Position numbers and translations under genes: made by a program. Below are positions 9,287 to 17,709 of a stretch of 40,932 bases of DNA, piece after piece; the stretch's first letter is position 1; each line of letters begins with the position of its first letter. The notes beneath the pieces are model-generated. The model was not told the origin of the DNA. It worked only from the letters and a program-made list of their open reading frames with translations, and did no database searches. This DNA is from an uncultured candidatus Brocadiaceae bacterium (GTDB lineage: Bacteria > Planctomycetota > Brocadiia > SM23-32), in the NCBI GenBank assembly GCA_964346565.1, contig CAYFVS010000224.1:1-40932 (forward strand). The letters run 5' to 3'.

Positions 9287-10717
9287 TCACTGTCCTTTTC
9301 CAGCGTGCACCGGCGCGGCCACCCGGAGATGGATGGGGACCTCTTCGTCGGGAGGATAGGGATACAGTGGCAGCTGCTCCCCTGCGGACCACTTCCGGCC
9401 GGCAAGCGCCGCCCATGCCCTGGCGCGCTCATCGAGCCCGTCGGCCAGTTGACCGGTAAGCGTCTCTGCGCCCGGATGGGTCGGCTTCGCGCCGTGTTTC
9501 CGTGCGTGGGCCCTGAACACCCACGGCCTGTCTATCAACATGCAGGGACGCAGCAGATTGCCGTCGTAAGGTATGCCCCGCCGGATGGCTTCGAACAGGG
9601 GGTGCTTCAACGCCTCGGTCAGGGTGGTGTCTTTCACGTTGTCCACGGCGAAGTGGCAGAAGACGCACGGCTCGATGTCGCCGTTGTTATTCACGTGGAA
9701 GTAGCGCTTCCCCCCCGCCATGCAGCCGTTGACCTCCGCCCCGTCGTTCCAGAAATCCGACAGGAAGATGGGATACTTGTTGCGCAGCTCGTAAACCCGC
9801 ACCCGCATGTGCTCGCGCTGCTCCGGGGTGACCATCAAGTCCAGGTTCGGGTTACGGCCGATGGGTATGTACTGGAAGTACCATCCGTAGAGACATCCGT
9901 GCTCGATCATGAGTTCGACGAACTCGTCCCTCATGATGGCCTCGGCGTTCCTCCGGGTGGCGGTGGCGCTGAAGCCGAACAGCACGCCCTCGCCCCGCAG
10001 GTTCTCCATCGCCTGGAGGACGAGCCGGTGGGTGCCCTTGCCCCGGCGGTCGTCGGTCAGCAGACGGTCGCCCTCGATGCTGAGCATGGGCATCACGTTG
10101 CCGCATTCGGCAAAGCGGGCGGCCACTTGCTGGTCAATGAGCGTGCCGTTGGTGTAGATCTGGAACTGGGAGTCCTGGTGCTCTCCGTAGAAGCGGTAAA
10201 GGTCCTTGCGCAGCGTGGGTTCGCCGCCGGAGAAGACGAAGAAGTGGATGCCCATCTTCTCCTCGGCCTCGGTCACCGCCCTGTCCAGCACATCGTAGGG
10301 CAGGTCTTCGCCCCTGCCGTACATCGCCGCCCAGCACCCTTCGCACGCCAGGTTGCACCGCGCCGTAACGTCGAACACGATGATGTACGGTGGGTCGTAG
10401 CCGTGCTGCTGGCGGAAGCGGCGTCGCCTGGAGCGGCTCAGGAACCAGGCGTAACCGTACAGATTCCGGATCAGGCAGGTCCTGGCCTTCGGATTCATCT
10501 CGGTGGAGATGCGCTTCAGCCACTGTCCGAAGGGATGCCCCTGCTCGACCAGCCACCTGAACCGGCGTGCCTGGCGCTTGTCCTCGGGATCGGTTGTCAC
10601 CTTCCCAAACAGCGACCAGATCCGGCCCAGAGAGTCCGGAGAGGAGTTCGCAATCAACTTGCTCAGCTGCCCGGCAACTGCCGACTTCGCTGCGTCTGTC
10701 GCCTTCTCAAAGACCAT
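9287..10717 (-). CDS. Radical SAM enzyme with a twitch/SPASM-like C-terminal Cys cluster, function unknown
   Basis: CNLACEGC (CxxxCxxC) follows an approximately 110-aa helical N-terminal region. It also has the FSGGEPTL glycine motif and a downstream NGCMAGG...PCVFCHF...RPCML Cys set. The start is taken at MVFEKATD (10717), preceded by GGGGGGTGG; the 507-aa listing adds an Arg-rich extension. Confidence 0.85.
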   Translation of the reverse strand: MVFEKATDAAKSAVAGQLSKLIANSSPDSLGRIWSLFGKVTTDPEDKRQARRFRWLVEQGHPFGQWLKRISTEMNPKARTCLIRNLYGYAWFLSRSRRRRFRQQHGYDPPYIIVFDVTARCNLACEGCWAAMYGRGEDLPYDVLDRAVTEAEEKMGIHFFVFSGGEPTLRKDLYRFYGEHQDSQFQIYTNGTLIDQQVAARFAECGNVMPMLSIEGDRLLTDDRRGKGTHRLVLQAMENLRGEGVLFGFSATATRRNAEAIMRDEFVELMIEHGCLYGWYFQYIPIGRNPNLDLMVTPEQREHMRVRVYELRNKYPIFLSDFWNDGAEVNGCMAGGKRYFHVNNNGDIEPCVFCHFAVDNVKDTTLTEALKHPLFEAIRRGIPYDGNLLRPCMLIDRPWVFRAHARKHGAKPTHPGAETLTGQLADGLDERARAWAALAGRKWSAGEQLPLYPYPPDEEVPIHLRVAAPVHAGKGQ

Positions 10718-10840
10718 AGTGCCACCCCCCCACGACCGAATGACTCGCGTTGCCCCGGTGCTTGACGCGCGTCGGTGCCCGTTCCCCGTCCTCCTTGCGG
10801 AGGCGAACACTTTCGGACGTACGCCACCGACAGAATACCC

Positions 10841-10869
10841 AGTCTACATGCCGCGCCGTGAGTGGTCAA
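10841..10869 (-). promoter_or_regulatory. Candidate sigma70 promoter for the radical SAM gene (TTGACC - 17 nt - TAGACT)
   Basis: On the minus strand, TTGACC is at 10869..10864 and TAGACT at 10846..10841 with a 17-nt spacer. It sits just downstream of the btuC stop and an A/T run, leaving a 5' UTR of about 115 nt. Confidence 0.45.
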
Positions 10870-10896
10870 GACAAAAAATGGGTGGCCGGCTCTGCT

Positions 10897-11928
10897 TCAC
10901 ATCTGTCGGCCCAGGCGCAGCAGAACTAGCAAGAAGAAAGGACCACCCAGCATCGCCGTGAGTACCCCCACCGGGAGTTCGGAGGGAGGAAACGCCGACC
11001 GCGCGACCGTGTCCGCCCCCGCCAGGAACGCGCCCCCCACAAACACCGACACGCACAGCAGTCGGCGATGGTCCGGCCCCAGGATGCCGCGTACCGCGTG
11101 GGGAATGATCAGGCCGACGAAGCCGATGGGACCGGCGATCGAAACCACCGACGCCGTCAGCAGGGAGCCCGCCAGGAATGCCTCCCGCTGCACGGCGCCC
11201 ACGGCCACCCCCCGGCCACCCGCCATCTCCTCCCCCAGGGCGAGCTGGTTCAGGGCGTTGGCCTCGGTGAACATCAGCACCACCGCGGGCAGGAAGAACG
11301 GCACCATGCTGCCCAGGCTGCGGTAGCCGTGCACATCCAGCCCCCCCATCAGCCAGCGGTCAACGATGACCAGCTTCTGTGGGTCACTGATGAAACGCAC
11401 GAACATGATGAGCGCGGAGCAGATCAGCCCCAACGTGACCCCGGCCAGCAGCAGAGTCAGCGGGGAGACGGTCCGCGAGCGCCGCGCGAGTGCGTATATG
11501 ATCGCGACGTTCACCAGCGCACCGGCCAGCGCGAAGAACTGCACCGAGGTCAGCGCGCCGAAAGCGGGCGCCCGCAGACCGAGCGAAATAGCTGCCACGG
11601 CCCATAGGGCGCCGCCTGCGCTCACACCCAGAGTGTGAGGCGTGGCCAGCGGATTGCGCAGGAGCGCCTGGAAGACGGCCCCGGCCACCGCCAGGCCGCC
11701 TCCGGCCAGCAGGCCAAGCAGCACGCGGGGCAGGCGCTGCATCAGCACGATGTTGGCCTGCCCCGGGTCCTCCGCCGTGCCCACCAGCACCCGCAGCACC
11801 TGCCCCGGCGGCACGTGCACCTGGCCGAACATCAGACAAACCGTCCCCACCACGACCCATAGCAGCAGGCCGCCGGCCAATGCCGTCCAGAAGCGGCCCG
11901 GCGTCAGATGTAAGTCAGCGCGTCTCAT
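10897..11928 (-). CDS. btuC: FecCD-family ABC permease (cobalamin/siderophore type, BtuC-like)
   Basis: QRLPRVLLGLLAGGGLAVAGAVFQALLRNPLATPHTLGVSAGG and the C-terminal LTAMLGGPFFLLVLLR are FecCD signatures. The start is taken at MRRADLHL (11928), overlapping the ATPase stop by 14 nt. It is the last gene of the riboswitch-led operon. Confidence 0.85.
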   Translation of the reverse strand: MRRADLHLTPGRFWTALAGGLLLWVVVGTVCLMFGQVHVPPGQVLRVLVGTAEDPGQANIVLMQRLPRVLLGLLAGGGLAVAGAVFQALLRNPLATPHTLGVSAGGALWAVAAISLGLRAPAFGALTSVQFFALAGALVNVAIIYALARRSRTVSPLTLLLAGVTLGLICSALIMFVRFISDPQKLVIVDRWLMGGLDVHGYRSLGSMVPFFLPAVVLMFTEANALNQLALGEEMAGGRGVAVGAVQREAFLAGSLLTASVVSIAGPIGFVGLIIPHAVRGILGPDHRRLLCVSVFVGGAFLAGADTVARSAFPPSELPVGVLTAMLGGPFFLLVLLRLGRQM

Positions 11929-12718
11929 GGGCTGCCTCTCCGAGGACAAGCACCAGGGGGGCGTGGGTGAACGGGTTCTCAATGATCCGCACGGGCGCCC
12001 CGTACACGCCGCCCAGCAGCGCCTCCTCCAGCACCTCCGAGGGCGCGCCCAGCCGCACAAGCTCCCCGCAGGACAGCAGCGCCAGCCGGTCGCAGAACTG
12101 CGCCGCTGCGTTCAGGTCGTGCGTTACCAGCGCGACGGCGATCCCCTGCCGCGAAAGGCGCCACAGCAGGTCCAGCACCTCCGTCTGGTGGTGGATGTCC
12201 AGGGCGGCGGTGGGTTCGTCCAGCAGCATGACGGACGGTTCCTGCGCCAGGATGCCGGCGATCAGCGCCCGCTGCTTCTCGCCGCCGGACAGGGTGGAGA
12301 AGACGCGCCCGGCCAGCTCTGTGGTATCCGTCTCCCGCATCGCCCGCTCCGTGGCGCGCGCGTCCTCGTCGGACAGGAACCCGAAGGCGCCCTGGTAGGG
12401 ATAGCGGCCCATGGCCACCACCTCCCCCACGCGGAACCGGAACGCCGTCTCCGGGCTCTGAGGCAGGAACGCGAGCTGGCGGGCCAGCTCGCGCCGGGCG
12501 ATGCCGCGAAGGTCGCGCCCGTCCAGGCTGGCCCGACCGGCTCCCGGCCGGAGGAACCCCGCCATCAGGCGCAGCAGCGTGCTCTTGCCCGAACCGTTCG
12601 GGCCCACGATGCCCAACACCTCCCCGGCGTGGACGCAAAGTGACACGTCGTGAAGCTCGAACTCTCCCGCCCCGTAGGAGAAGGAGCATTCCTGCAGTTG
12701 GAGCCCGTCCGCGTTCAC
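11915..12718 (-). CDS. btuD: ABC transporter ATP-binding protein (FepC/BtuD type)
   Basis: Walker A GPNGSGKST, signature LSGGEKQR and Walker B VMLLDEPT. The GTG start at 12718 forms a GTGA overlap with the stop of the upstream binding-protein gene. The listed 361-aa ORF is an antisense-run extension. Confidence 0.85.
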   Translation of the reverse strand: MNADGLQLQECSFSYGAGEFELHDVSLCVHAGEVLGIVGPNGSGKSTLLRLMAGFLRPGAGRASLDGRDLRGIARRELARQLAFLPQSPETAFRFRVGEVVAMGRYPYQGAFGFLSDEDARATERAMRETDTTELAGRVFSTLSGGEKQRALIAGILAQEPSVMLLDEPTAALDIHHQTEVLDLLWRLSRQGIAVALVTHDLNAAAQFCDRLALLSCGELVRLGAPSEVLEEALLGGVYGAPVRIIENPFTHAPLVLVLGEAAHETR

Positions 12719-13650
12719 GACGTGTCGTCCCCGTGCAGAAGGTCCGCCAGGGCTTCGGCGAGTTGGACGACCCGCGGCCCGGGGATCATCGCGTAGGTGG
12801 CGGTGACCACGTACACCCTCCCCTGCTGCACGGCGGGCAGCACGGGCAGCCCCCTCCACAGTCTGCGGACTTCTCGGCGAGCGGCTTGCGGGTCGCCGCC
12901 CTCCCCGTGCAGCTCCACTATCACCTCCGGCCGGCGCCGGATGACTGCTTCTTTGTTCACCGCGGCGTAGTTCCTCGGCAGGTCCGCGAACACGTTGCAT
13001 CCGCCGGCGGCCTGCAGCAGGTCGTGCAGGAACGTCCGCGGCCCAATCGTGTAGACGTTACTCAAGGAGCCCGGCTCGCGCCCTGTCACCAGCAGCACGT
13101 CTACGCGCGGTTCGTCGCTGACCCGCGCGCGCACCTTCGCCAGCCGGTAGCGCATCTCCGCGGCAACCAGCTCAGCCTGCGCCGGCCGTTCCAGCAGCTC
13201 GCCGACGCGCTCAATCGCCGCGAAGATGGATTCCAGATCCCTCAACTCCAGCAAGCGGAGCGCTATCCCATTGGCGCCGGCGAACTCACCCAGATCGGCC
13301 GCTTCTCCCTGGGAGATAATCAGGTCCGGCGACAGGCTCAGAATGCGTTCGAGGCTCGGGTTGAAGAAACCCCCGCAGGACTGCTTCGTGAGCGCCTCGG
13401 GAGGCCACTTCGCGTGCTGGCTCACGCCCACCACACGGTCGCCCCCGCTCACGGCGAACACGATCTCAGTAACCGCAGGTGACATGCACACGATGCGGCG
13501 GAACCGGTGGCGGCCACGGCCGGGCTCCGACCTCTGGCCCGCCGCAGTCACCGACGATGGTCTCACCGAAGCAAGCCACCAGGACAGGCAGAGGCCCACC
13601 ACTGCCGCCACGGCAACGAGCGCCGCTTTGCTCCAGCTTCTCTGCACCAC
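12715..13650 (-). CDS. btuF: Periplasmic/anchored substrate-binding protein, cluster A-II (BtuF/FhuD-like)
   Basis: N-terminal hydrophobic anchor, then RIVCMSPAVTEIVFAVSGGDRVVGVS...SLERILSLSPDLII, typical of BtuF-type binding proteins. It sits between cobS and the ABC ATPase. Confidence 0.75.
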   Translation of the reverse strand: MVQRSWSKAALVAVAAVVGLCLSWWLASVRPSSVTAAGQRSEPGRGRHRFRRIVCMSPAVTEIVFAVSGGDRVVGVSQHAKWPPEALTKQSCGGFFNPSLERILSLSPDLIISQGEAADLGEFAGANGIALRLLELRDLESIFAAIERVGELLERPAQAELVAAEMRYRLAKVRARVSDEPRVDVLLVTGREPGSLSNVYTIGPRTFLHDLLQAAGGCNVFADLPRNYAAVNKEAVIRRRPEVIVELHGEGGDPQAARREVRRLWRGLPVLPAVQQGRVYVVTATYAMIPGPRVVQLAEALADLLHGDDTS

Positions 13651-13678
13651 TGTCTCCTCCGGCGCTCGGCAAGGCGGC

Positions 13679-14461
13679 TCAGGGAAGGAGGCCGCCCCCG
13701 GACCACAGATGCGTTGCGTCCGGCCCGAGCAAAGCTACAGTTACGAGGACGACCGACTCGACGATCTCGCTCGACGCTCCGAGCAAGTCCCCCGTGACCC
13801 CGCCCACGCGACGGCGACACCACAGCCCAAACGACCTGGCGATCGCCCACCCGACGGCCAGCGCGGCCAGGCCGGCCACTCCCCACCCGATCAGCAGCAG
13901 AAATGCTGCCGACAGCAGCGCGGCAGCCAGGTGCCAGGGCCGCGCCTCGCGGACGAAGGCCGCCCCGGTGCCGCCCTCCGGGCGGGCGTAGGGCAACCAG
14001 AACGCCACGTCCACAATCAGCGCTCTGGAGGCGATGTACGCCGCCACGACCCAGGCCGAAAGGCCGAGTGCCGCCAGCCGCGCAAGGGCGGCCCACTTGA
14101 GCAGCAGGACGCACAGAACCGCGAGCACCCCGAACGTCCCGGTGTGCGGGTCCTTCATGATCCGGAGCGTCTCCTCTCTGTCGAGACCCCCGCCGAAGCC
14201 GTCGGCCCAGTCCGCCAGCCCGTCCAGGTGCAAGCCCCTGGTCAGCACCACTCCGCCTACCACCACGAACGCCGCCACGCCGCCCGGCCATTCATGTCCC
14301 GTGATCGCGTCCACGCCGAGCGCCAACGCGTAGAGCACCAGTCCCATCAGGCCGCCGACAACGCCGAACCAGGACAGCCCTGCCGACGGGCGCTGTGCAC
14401 CTCGGCCCGGCAAAGGCACGATGGACAACGTCCTGACAGCCGCTGCCAATCCGCTCAACAT
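13679..14461 (-). CDS. cobS: Adenosylcobinamide-GDP ribazoletransferase (cobalamin synthase)
   Basis: A polytopic 260-aa protein with the motifs LTRGLHLDGLADWADG and MKDPHTGTFGV. Confidence 0.9.
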   Translation of the reverse strand: MLSGLAAAVRTLSIVPLPGRGAQRPSAGLSWFGVVGGLMGLVLYALALGVDAITGHEWPGGVAAFVVVGGVVLTRGLHLDGLADWADGFGGGLDREETLRIMKDPHTGTFGVLAVLCVLLLKWAALARLAALGLSAWVVAAYIASRALIVDVAFWLPYARPEGGTGAAFVREARPWHLAAALLSAAFLLLIGWGVAGLAALAVGWAIARSFGLWCRRRVGGVTGDLLGASSEIVESVVLVTVALLGPDATHLWSGGGLLP

Positions 14462-14535
14462 CCGGCCTCCTTGCTGACCCTCTGACCGGGTAGGCGCGGC
14501 GTCTCGCCGCTCCTTGTCCGGCGGGGACGCCGGAC

Positions 14536-15609
14536 CTACCCCTTCCTTAAGAGGCTTCCGGCGTCGGAGACGCCTGCGGAACCGAAGGTCGCCATCTCGC
14601 TGTAGAGCTTGACGGCAGCTTCGATGACCGACATGGCAAGGGCAGCGCCCGTGCCCTCTCCCAGGCGCATCCTCAGGTCGAGCAAGGGCTCGACGCCCAT
14701 CACGTCAAGGACATGCCTGTGCCCAGTCTCATCGGAGCAGTGGCTGAAGAACAGATAGTCCGAGATGCGTTCGCAGAGACGCATCGCCACCAGTGCACCG
14801 GCCGTCGAGATGAACCCGTCAATGACGACGGGCATCTGAGAGGACGCCGCTCCCAGGACCAGCCCGCAGATGCCGGCGATCTCGAGACCCCCCAGGGCCG
14901 CAAGAGTGCCGAGGGGGTCCGCCAGGTGGTCTGCGTTGACGCTCAAAGCGCCCTCGACGACCTGCCTCTTCCTGGCAAGCGAGGCATCGTCCACGCCGGT
15001 TCCCCGGCCGGTTACCTGCTCGACCGGGCAGTCGAGTATGGCCGCGAACAGGGCGGCCGACGGGGTGGTGTTCCCGATGCCCATCTCCCCGGCGCCCAGC
15101 AGCGTGACGCCCTCCTCGGCGGCCTGGCGGGCCAGCTCGACGCCTACCAGCACGGCTGCCCTGGCTTCCTCCCCGGTCATCGCGGGGCCTTCGGCGATGT
15201 TGCGCGTGCCGGATGCCACCTTCCTGCGGCACAGACGCGGGGCGGCCTCAAGCGGGTCGTCCACCCCGATGTCCACCACCTGCACCTCCGCACCGATGTG
15301 GCGGGCCAGCACGTTGACGGCGGCTCCGCCGGCGAGCATGTTGCGCACCATCTGCGCGGTCACCTGCTTCGGGTAGGCGGAGACGCCCTCCTCGGACACT
15401 CCGTGGTCGCCGGCGAACGTGACAATCCTCTTCTTCCCCACGCGCGGGCGGTCCGTTCCGGTTATCAGGCAGTAGCGCAGGGCGATCTGCTCCAGCCTGC
15501 CCAGGCTGCCCGGCGGCTTGGTCAAGCTGTCCAGGTGGCGGCGCACTCGCTCCGCCAGGAGCAGCTCAACCGAGCCGATCGCCTCAATCGTCGCCTGCAG
15601 GGAGTCCAT
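14536..15609 (-). CDS. cobT: Nicotinate-nucleotide--dimethylbenzimidazole phosphoribosyltransferase
   Basis: LDSLTKPPGSLGRLEQIA, GEMGIGNTTPSAAL and RMRLGEGTGAALA are hallmark CobT motifs. Confidence 0.93.
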   Translation of the reverse strand: MDSLQATIEAIGSVELLLAERVRRHLDSLTKPPGSLGRLEQIALRYCLITGTDRPRVGKKRIVTFAGDHGVSEEGVSAYPKQVTAQMVRNMLAGGAAVNVLARHIGAEVQVVDIGVDDPLEAAPRLCRRKVASGTRNIAEGPAMTGEEARAAVLVGVELARQAAEEGVTLLGAGEMGIGNTTPSAALFAAILDCPVEQVTGRGTGVDDASLARKRQVVEGALSVNADHLADPLGTLAALGGLEIAGICGLVLGAASSQMPVVIDGFISTAGALVAMRLCERISDYLFFSHCSDETGHRHVLDVMGVEPLLDLRMRLGEGTGAALAMSVIEAAVKLYSEMATFGSAGVSDAGSLLRKG

Positions 15610-16132
15610 CCGCCCTCTCCTTCAAGGCCACCGGGACACCGCTGACCATCAGAATCACCTCATCCGCCAGGGCAGCGACTTCCTGATTCAGCCGCCCCAG
15701 CACGTCGCGGAACTTCCGAGCCGCTTCATTGGCCGGGACGATGCCCATGCCCACTTCGTTCGTTACAAGGATCAGATCACAGGGAGGTCCGGTGAGGACA
15801 CCGAGCAGCGCGACCAGTTCGGGCAGCTCGTCGGAGCAGGCGCCATGATAGTGTGCCAGGTTGCCCAGCCACACTGTCAGGCAGTCAACGACCGCAATGG
15901 CGACATCTGCGGGCAGTGACCGGATGGCCCCTGCCAGGTCCAGGGACTCCTCGACCGTGAGGAACCCGTCCCCCCGCTCCGTACGGTGGCGCGCGATACG
16001 GCGACGCATCTCATCATCCAGGGGCTCCGCTGTGGCGATGAACGCCCTTCGGGCGTACGGCTCGGCCAGTTGCAGGGCGTGGTTGCTCTTGCCACTCCTG
16101 CCGCCGCCGGTGACCAGTGTCACTTGCGCCAT
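15584..16132 (-). CDS. cobU: Bifunctional adenosylcobinamide kinase / adenosylcobinamide-phosphate guanylyltransferase
   Basis: It has the P-loop VTGGGRSGKSNHA plus RIARHRTER and VVDCLTVWL. The start is taken at MAQVTLVTGG (16132). Its 3' end overlaps the cobT start by 26 nt. Confidence 0.88.
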   Translation of the reverse strand: MAQVTLVTGGGRSGKSNHALQLAEPYARRAFIATAEPLDDEMRRRIARHRTERGDGFLTVEESLDLAGAIRSLPADVAIAVVDCLTVWLGNLAHYHGACSDELPELVALLGVLTGPPCDLILVTNEVGMGIVPANEAARKFRDVLGRLNQEVAALADEVILMVSGVPVALKERADGLPAGDD

Positions 16133-16145
16133 CGCAGGCGCTCCT

Positions 16146-16559
16146 CTACTGCCCCGCTCCTGTGAGGACCAGGTCGCCGCCCTCCCTGCGGAACATGAGG
16201 GTGGCCCGGCCTGCACGCTCGTCTGCGGCAGCGTGAGCGACGGTCACTCGCAGGTAGTCGCCGAACCAGACAGCTTCCTCGAGGCTGATGGCGGTGGCGC
16301 CCTTCAGGTCCGCCACCGCCGACAGCGCCGCTGCCCGCCCACGCCTGGAGGCATCCGTCGCGAGGAACTGCCCCGCCTGTCCGGGATCCTTCGCTGCCGA
16401 GCGGAGTATCTGCAGCGCCTCCCGCACCTCCGGGTCGGCCGCTGTGGCCTCGGAGCGGCCATACTCCGGGCCCGCGGTCGCGACCACCAGGGCGACCGCC
16501 AGCACGGCAACCGCGCCGGCCGCTGCCACGGCGATCTTCGCTGTGGCGTTCCACTCCAC
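16146..16559 (-). CDS. Hypothetical small membrane-anchored protein (137 aa)
   Basis: It has an N-terminal hydrophobic anchor (AKIAVAAAGAVAVLAVALVVATAG) and then a soluble domain of about 100 aa with no motif I recognise. The gene lies 25 nt after the pseudopilin-like gene and 13 nt before cobU. The overlapping 150-aa frame is Arg/Gly-rich and looks spurious. Confidence 0.5.
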   Translation of the reverse strand: MEWNATAKIAVAAAGAVAVLAVALVVATAGPEYGRSEATAADPEVREALQILRSAAKDPGQAGQFLATDASRRGRAAALSAVADLKGATAISLEEAVWFGDYLRVTVAHAAADERAGRATLMFRREGGDLVLTGAGQ

Positions 16560-16584
16560 GCCTGCTCCTCATCAGGCTAAGGGT

Positions 16585-17343
16585 CTACTTGGCCGGGTCG
16601 AAGTACATGTCCTCGGTGTCGCAGACCACGCCGAGGTAATCCTCGTCGGGCTCCATGGCGGGATCGGGCTCAAGGGAACTCACGTGACCGTCCGCCCACA
16701 GTACGTTCGCGCGACCGCCGTGGCGGAAGTGGGCGTAGCCCAGGTCCCACGGAATCGCTTGAGAGGGAGGTGTCCAGTACCAGTTCTCCTGGAGCGGCCC
16801 CATCCAGTTGCGCGCGGAGTCGCCGAACAGCAGCGTGCTGGTGCTTCTGCGCACCACGGACTCGTGCCTGCCCACGTAAGTTGCCTTGTAGTCGGGCTCC
16901 CACCAGTTGCCTTCCTCCACCAGCGTCGTCAGGTAGTGGTAGTTGTAGGCGTAGCCGGTGCACGGCCCCCCGGCGCGTGGCACGTAATGGCGCCACTTCA
17001 GGGCCGGGCACTGCCAGACCTCCCGGCTGTCACCCAGGAAGGGGGACAGATAGCCGCACGAGAAGTCCACCTCCTCGTAGAGCCCGCCGTAGAGGCCGAA
17101 GAACTGCCTGCCGCCCCCTGTATCCGCCCGGTACTCCCCGCAGGACGGCAGGTGGCCCCCATGGTTGGCGATGTACATCACAGTAGCCGCGCCGAGGTTG
17201 TGCAGGTGGTCCTGGCAGGAGGTGGACTCCGCTCGCGCGCGGACGGTTGCCAGGGCGGGCATGAGCATGCCCGCCAGGATGGCCATGATGGCTATGACGA
17301 CCAGCAGTTCGATCAGAGTGAACGCGCGCCCGAGCATGTCCAT
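16585..17343 (-). CDS. Prepilin-type N-terminal cleavage/methylation-domain protein of the DUF1559 / H-X9-DG family (pseudopilin-like)
   Basis: MDMLGRAFTLIELLVVIAIMAILAGMLMP is a class III signal peptide / pilin N-terminus. The C-terminal HGGRANVLWADGHV matches the H-X9-DG motif. The start is at 17343 (or 17337), preceded by the GGGGAGG SD. It is the first gene downstream of the cobalamin riboswitch. Confidence 0.85.
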   Translation of the reverse strand: MDMLGRAFTLIELLVVIAIMAILAGMLMPALATVRARAESTSCQDHLHNLGAATVMYIANHGGHLPSCGEYRADTGGGRQFFGLYGGLYEEVDFSCGYLSPFLGDSREVWQCPALKWRHYVPRAGGPCTGYAYNYHYLTTLVEEGNWWEPDYKATYVGRHESVVRRSTSTLLFGDSARNWMGPLQENWYWTPPSQAIPWDLGYAHFRHGGRANVLWADGHVSSLEPDPAMEPDEDYLGVVCDTEDMYFDPAK

Positions 17344-17346
17344 GCA

Positions 17347-17381
17347 CCTCCCCGAGTGCAGGGGTTGGGGCGCCGGGGAGG
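17347..17381 (-). promoter_or_regulatory. Candidate SD-sequestering hairpin (expression platform of the riboswitch)
   Basis: On the minus-strand RNA, CCUCCCCG (17381..17374) is perfectly complementary to CGGGGAGG (17354..17347). The latter contains the Shine-Dalgarno of the pseudopilin-like gene. The stem is 8 bp with a 19-nt loop. Confidence 0.35.
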
Positions 17382-17504
17382 AGACAACGGCTGCGCGCCC
17401 GGCGAGCCGACTATCGCGGGGCCAAGAAGAAACGGCCCACGCCGCCGGCACCGGGGGCGGAGGCCATTGCAGGGGCATGCGTACCGCCTGTCCTGGCGCC
17501 TCCC

Positions 17505-17695
17505 TCAACACCCGAAGGTCAACGGCACCGCGTCGGCGGGCAGGTCTCCTGACTTCCGGGTCGTCGCTACCAGCCCGGCCTTCCCATCCCCGCGTGGGGG
17601 ACAGTGGCTCATCGTGGGCCTTCGCTACCGGTCACAGTGGCGGGTCCGTAACGGATTCGCACCGTTTTCCCTGGGCCCTCGCGGGGCCTCGGCCT
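17505..17695 (-). promoter_or_regulatory. Cobalamin (AdoCbl/B12) riboswitch aptamer
   Basis: The minus strand reads GGGAAAACGGUGCGAAUCCGUUACGGACCCGCCACUGU...GAGCCACUGUCCCC...GGGAAGGCCGG...GAAGUCAGGAGACCUGCCC. This covers the conserved GGGAA and GGUG-GAAUCC elements, GCCACUG...GGGAAGGC, and a perfect B12 box AGUCAGGAGACCUGCC (17554..17539). The boundaries are approximate. Confidence 0.9.
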
Positions 17696-17709
17696 CGCCG
17701 ACGCAAACT

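Noticed and set aside
6860-10717. Lon-like protein plus radical SAM enzyme as a phage-defence pair (BrxL-like / viperin-like)
   Set aside because: The Lon homologue has the full housekeeping LonA architecture (N-domain, AAA+, Lon_C), not a BrxL layout. The radical SAM protein is much larger than prokaryotic viperins and has its own promoter. No methyltransferase, nuclease, PglZ or other defence-associated genes are present.
9275-10765. 496-aa plus-strand ORF opposite the radical SAM gene
   Set aside because: The minus-strand frame carries the CxxxCxxC motif and conserved radical SAM blocks. The plus-strand frame has none and shows artefact composition.
16120-16572. Alternative 150-aa minus-strand ORF overlapping the 137-aa ORF
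   Set aside because: It is a strongly Arg/Gly-rich frame with no hydrophobic or structured features. The 137-aa frame (16146..16559) has a plausible membrane anchor and fits the operon spacing.
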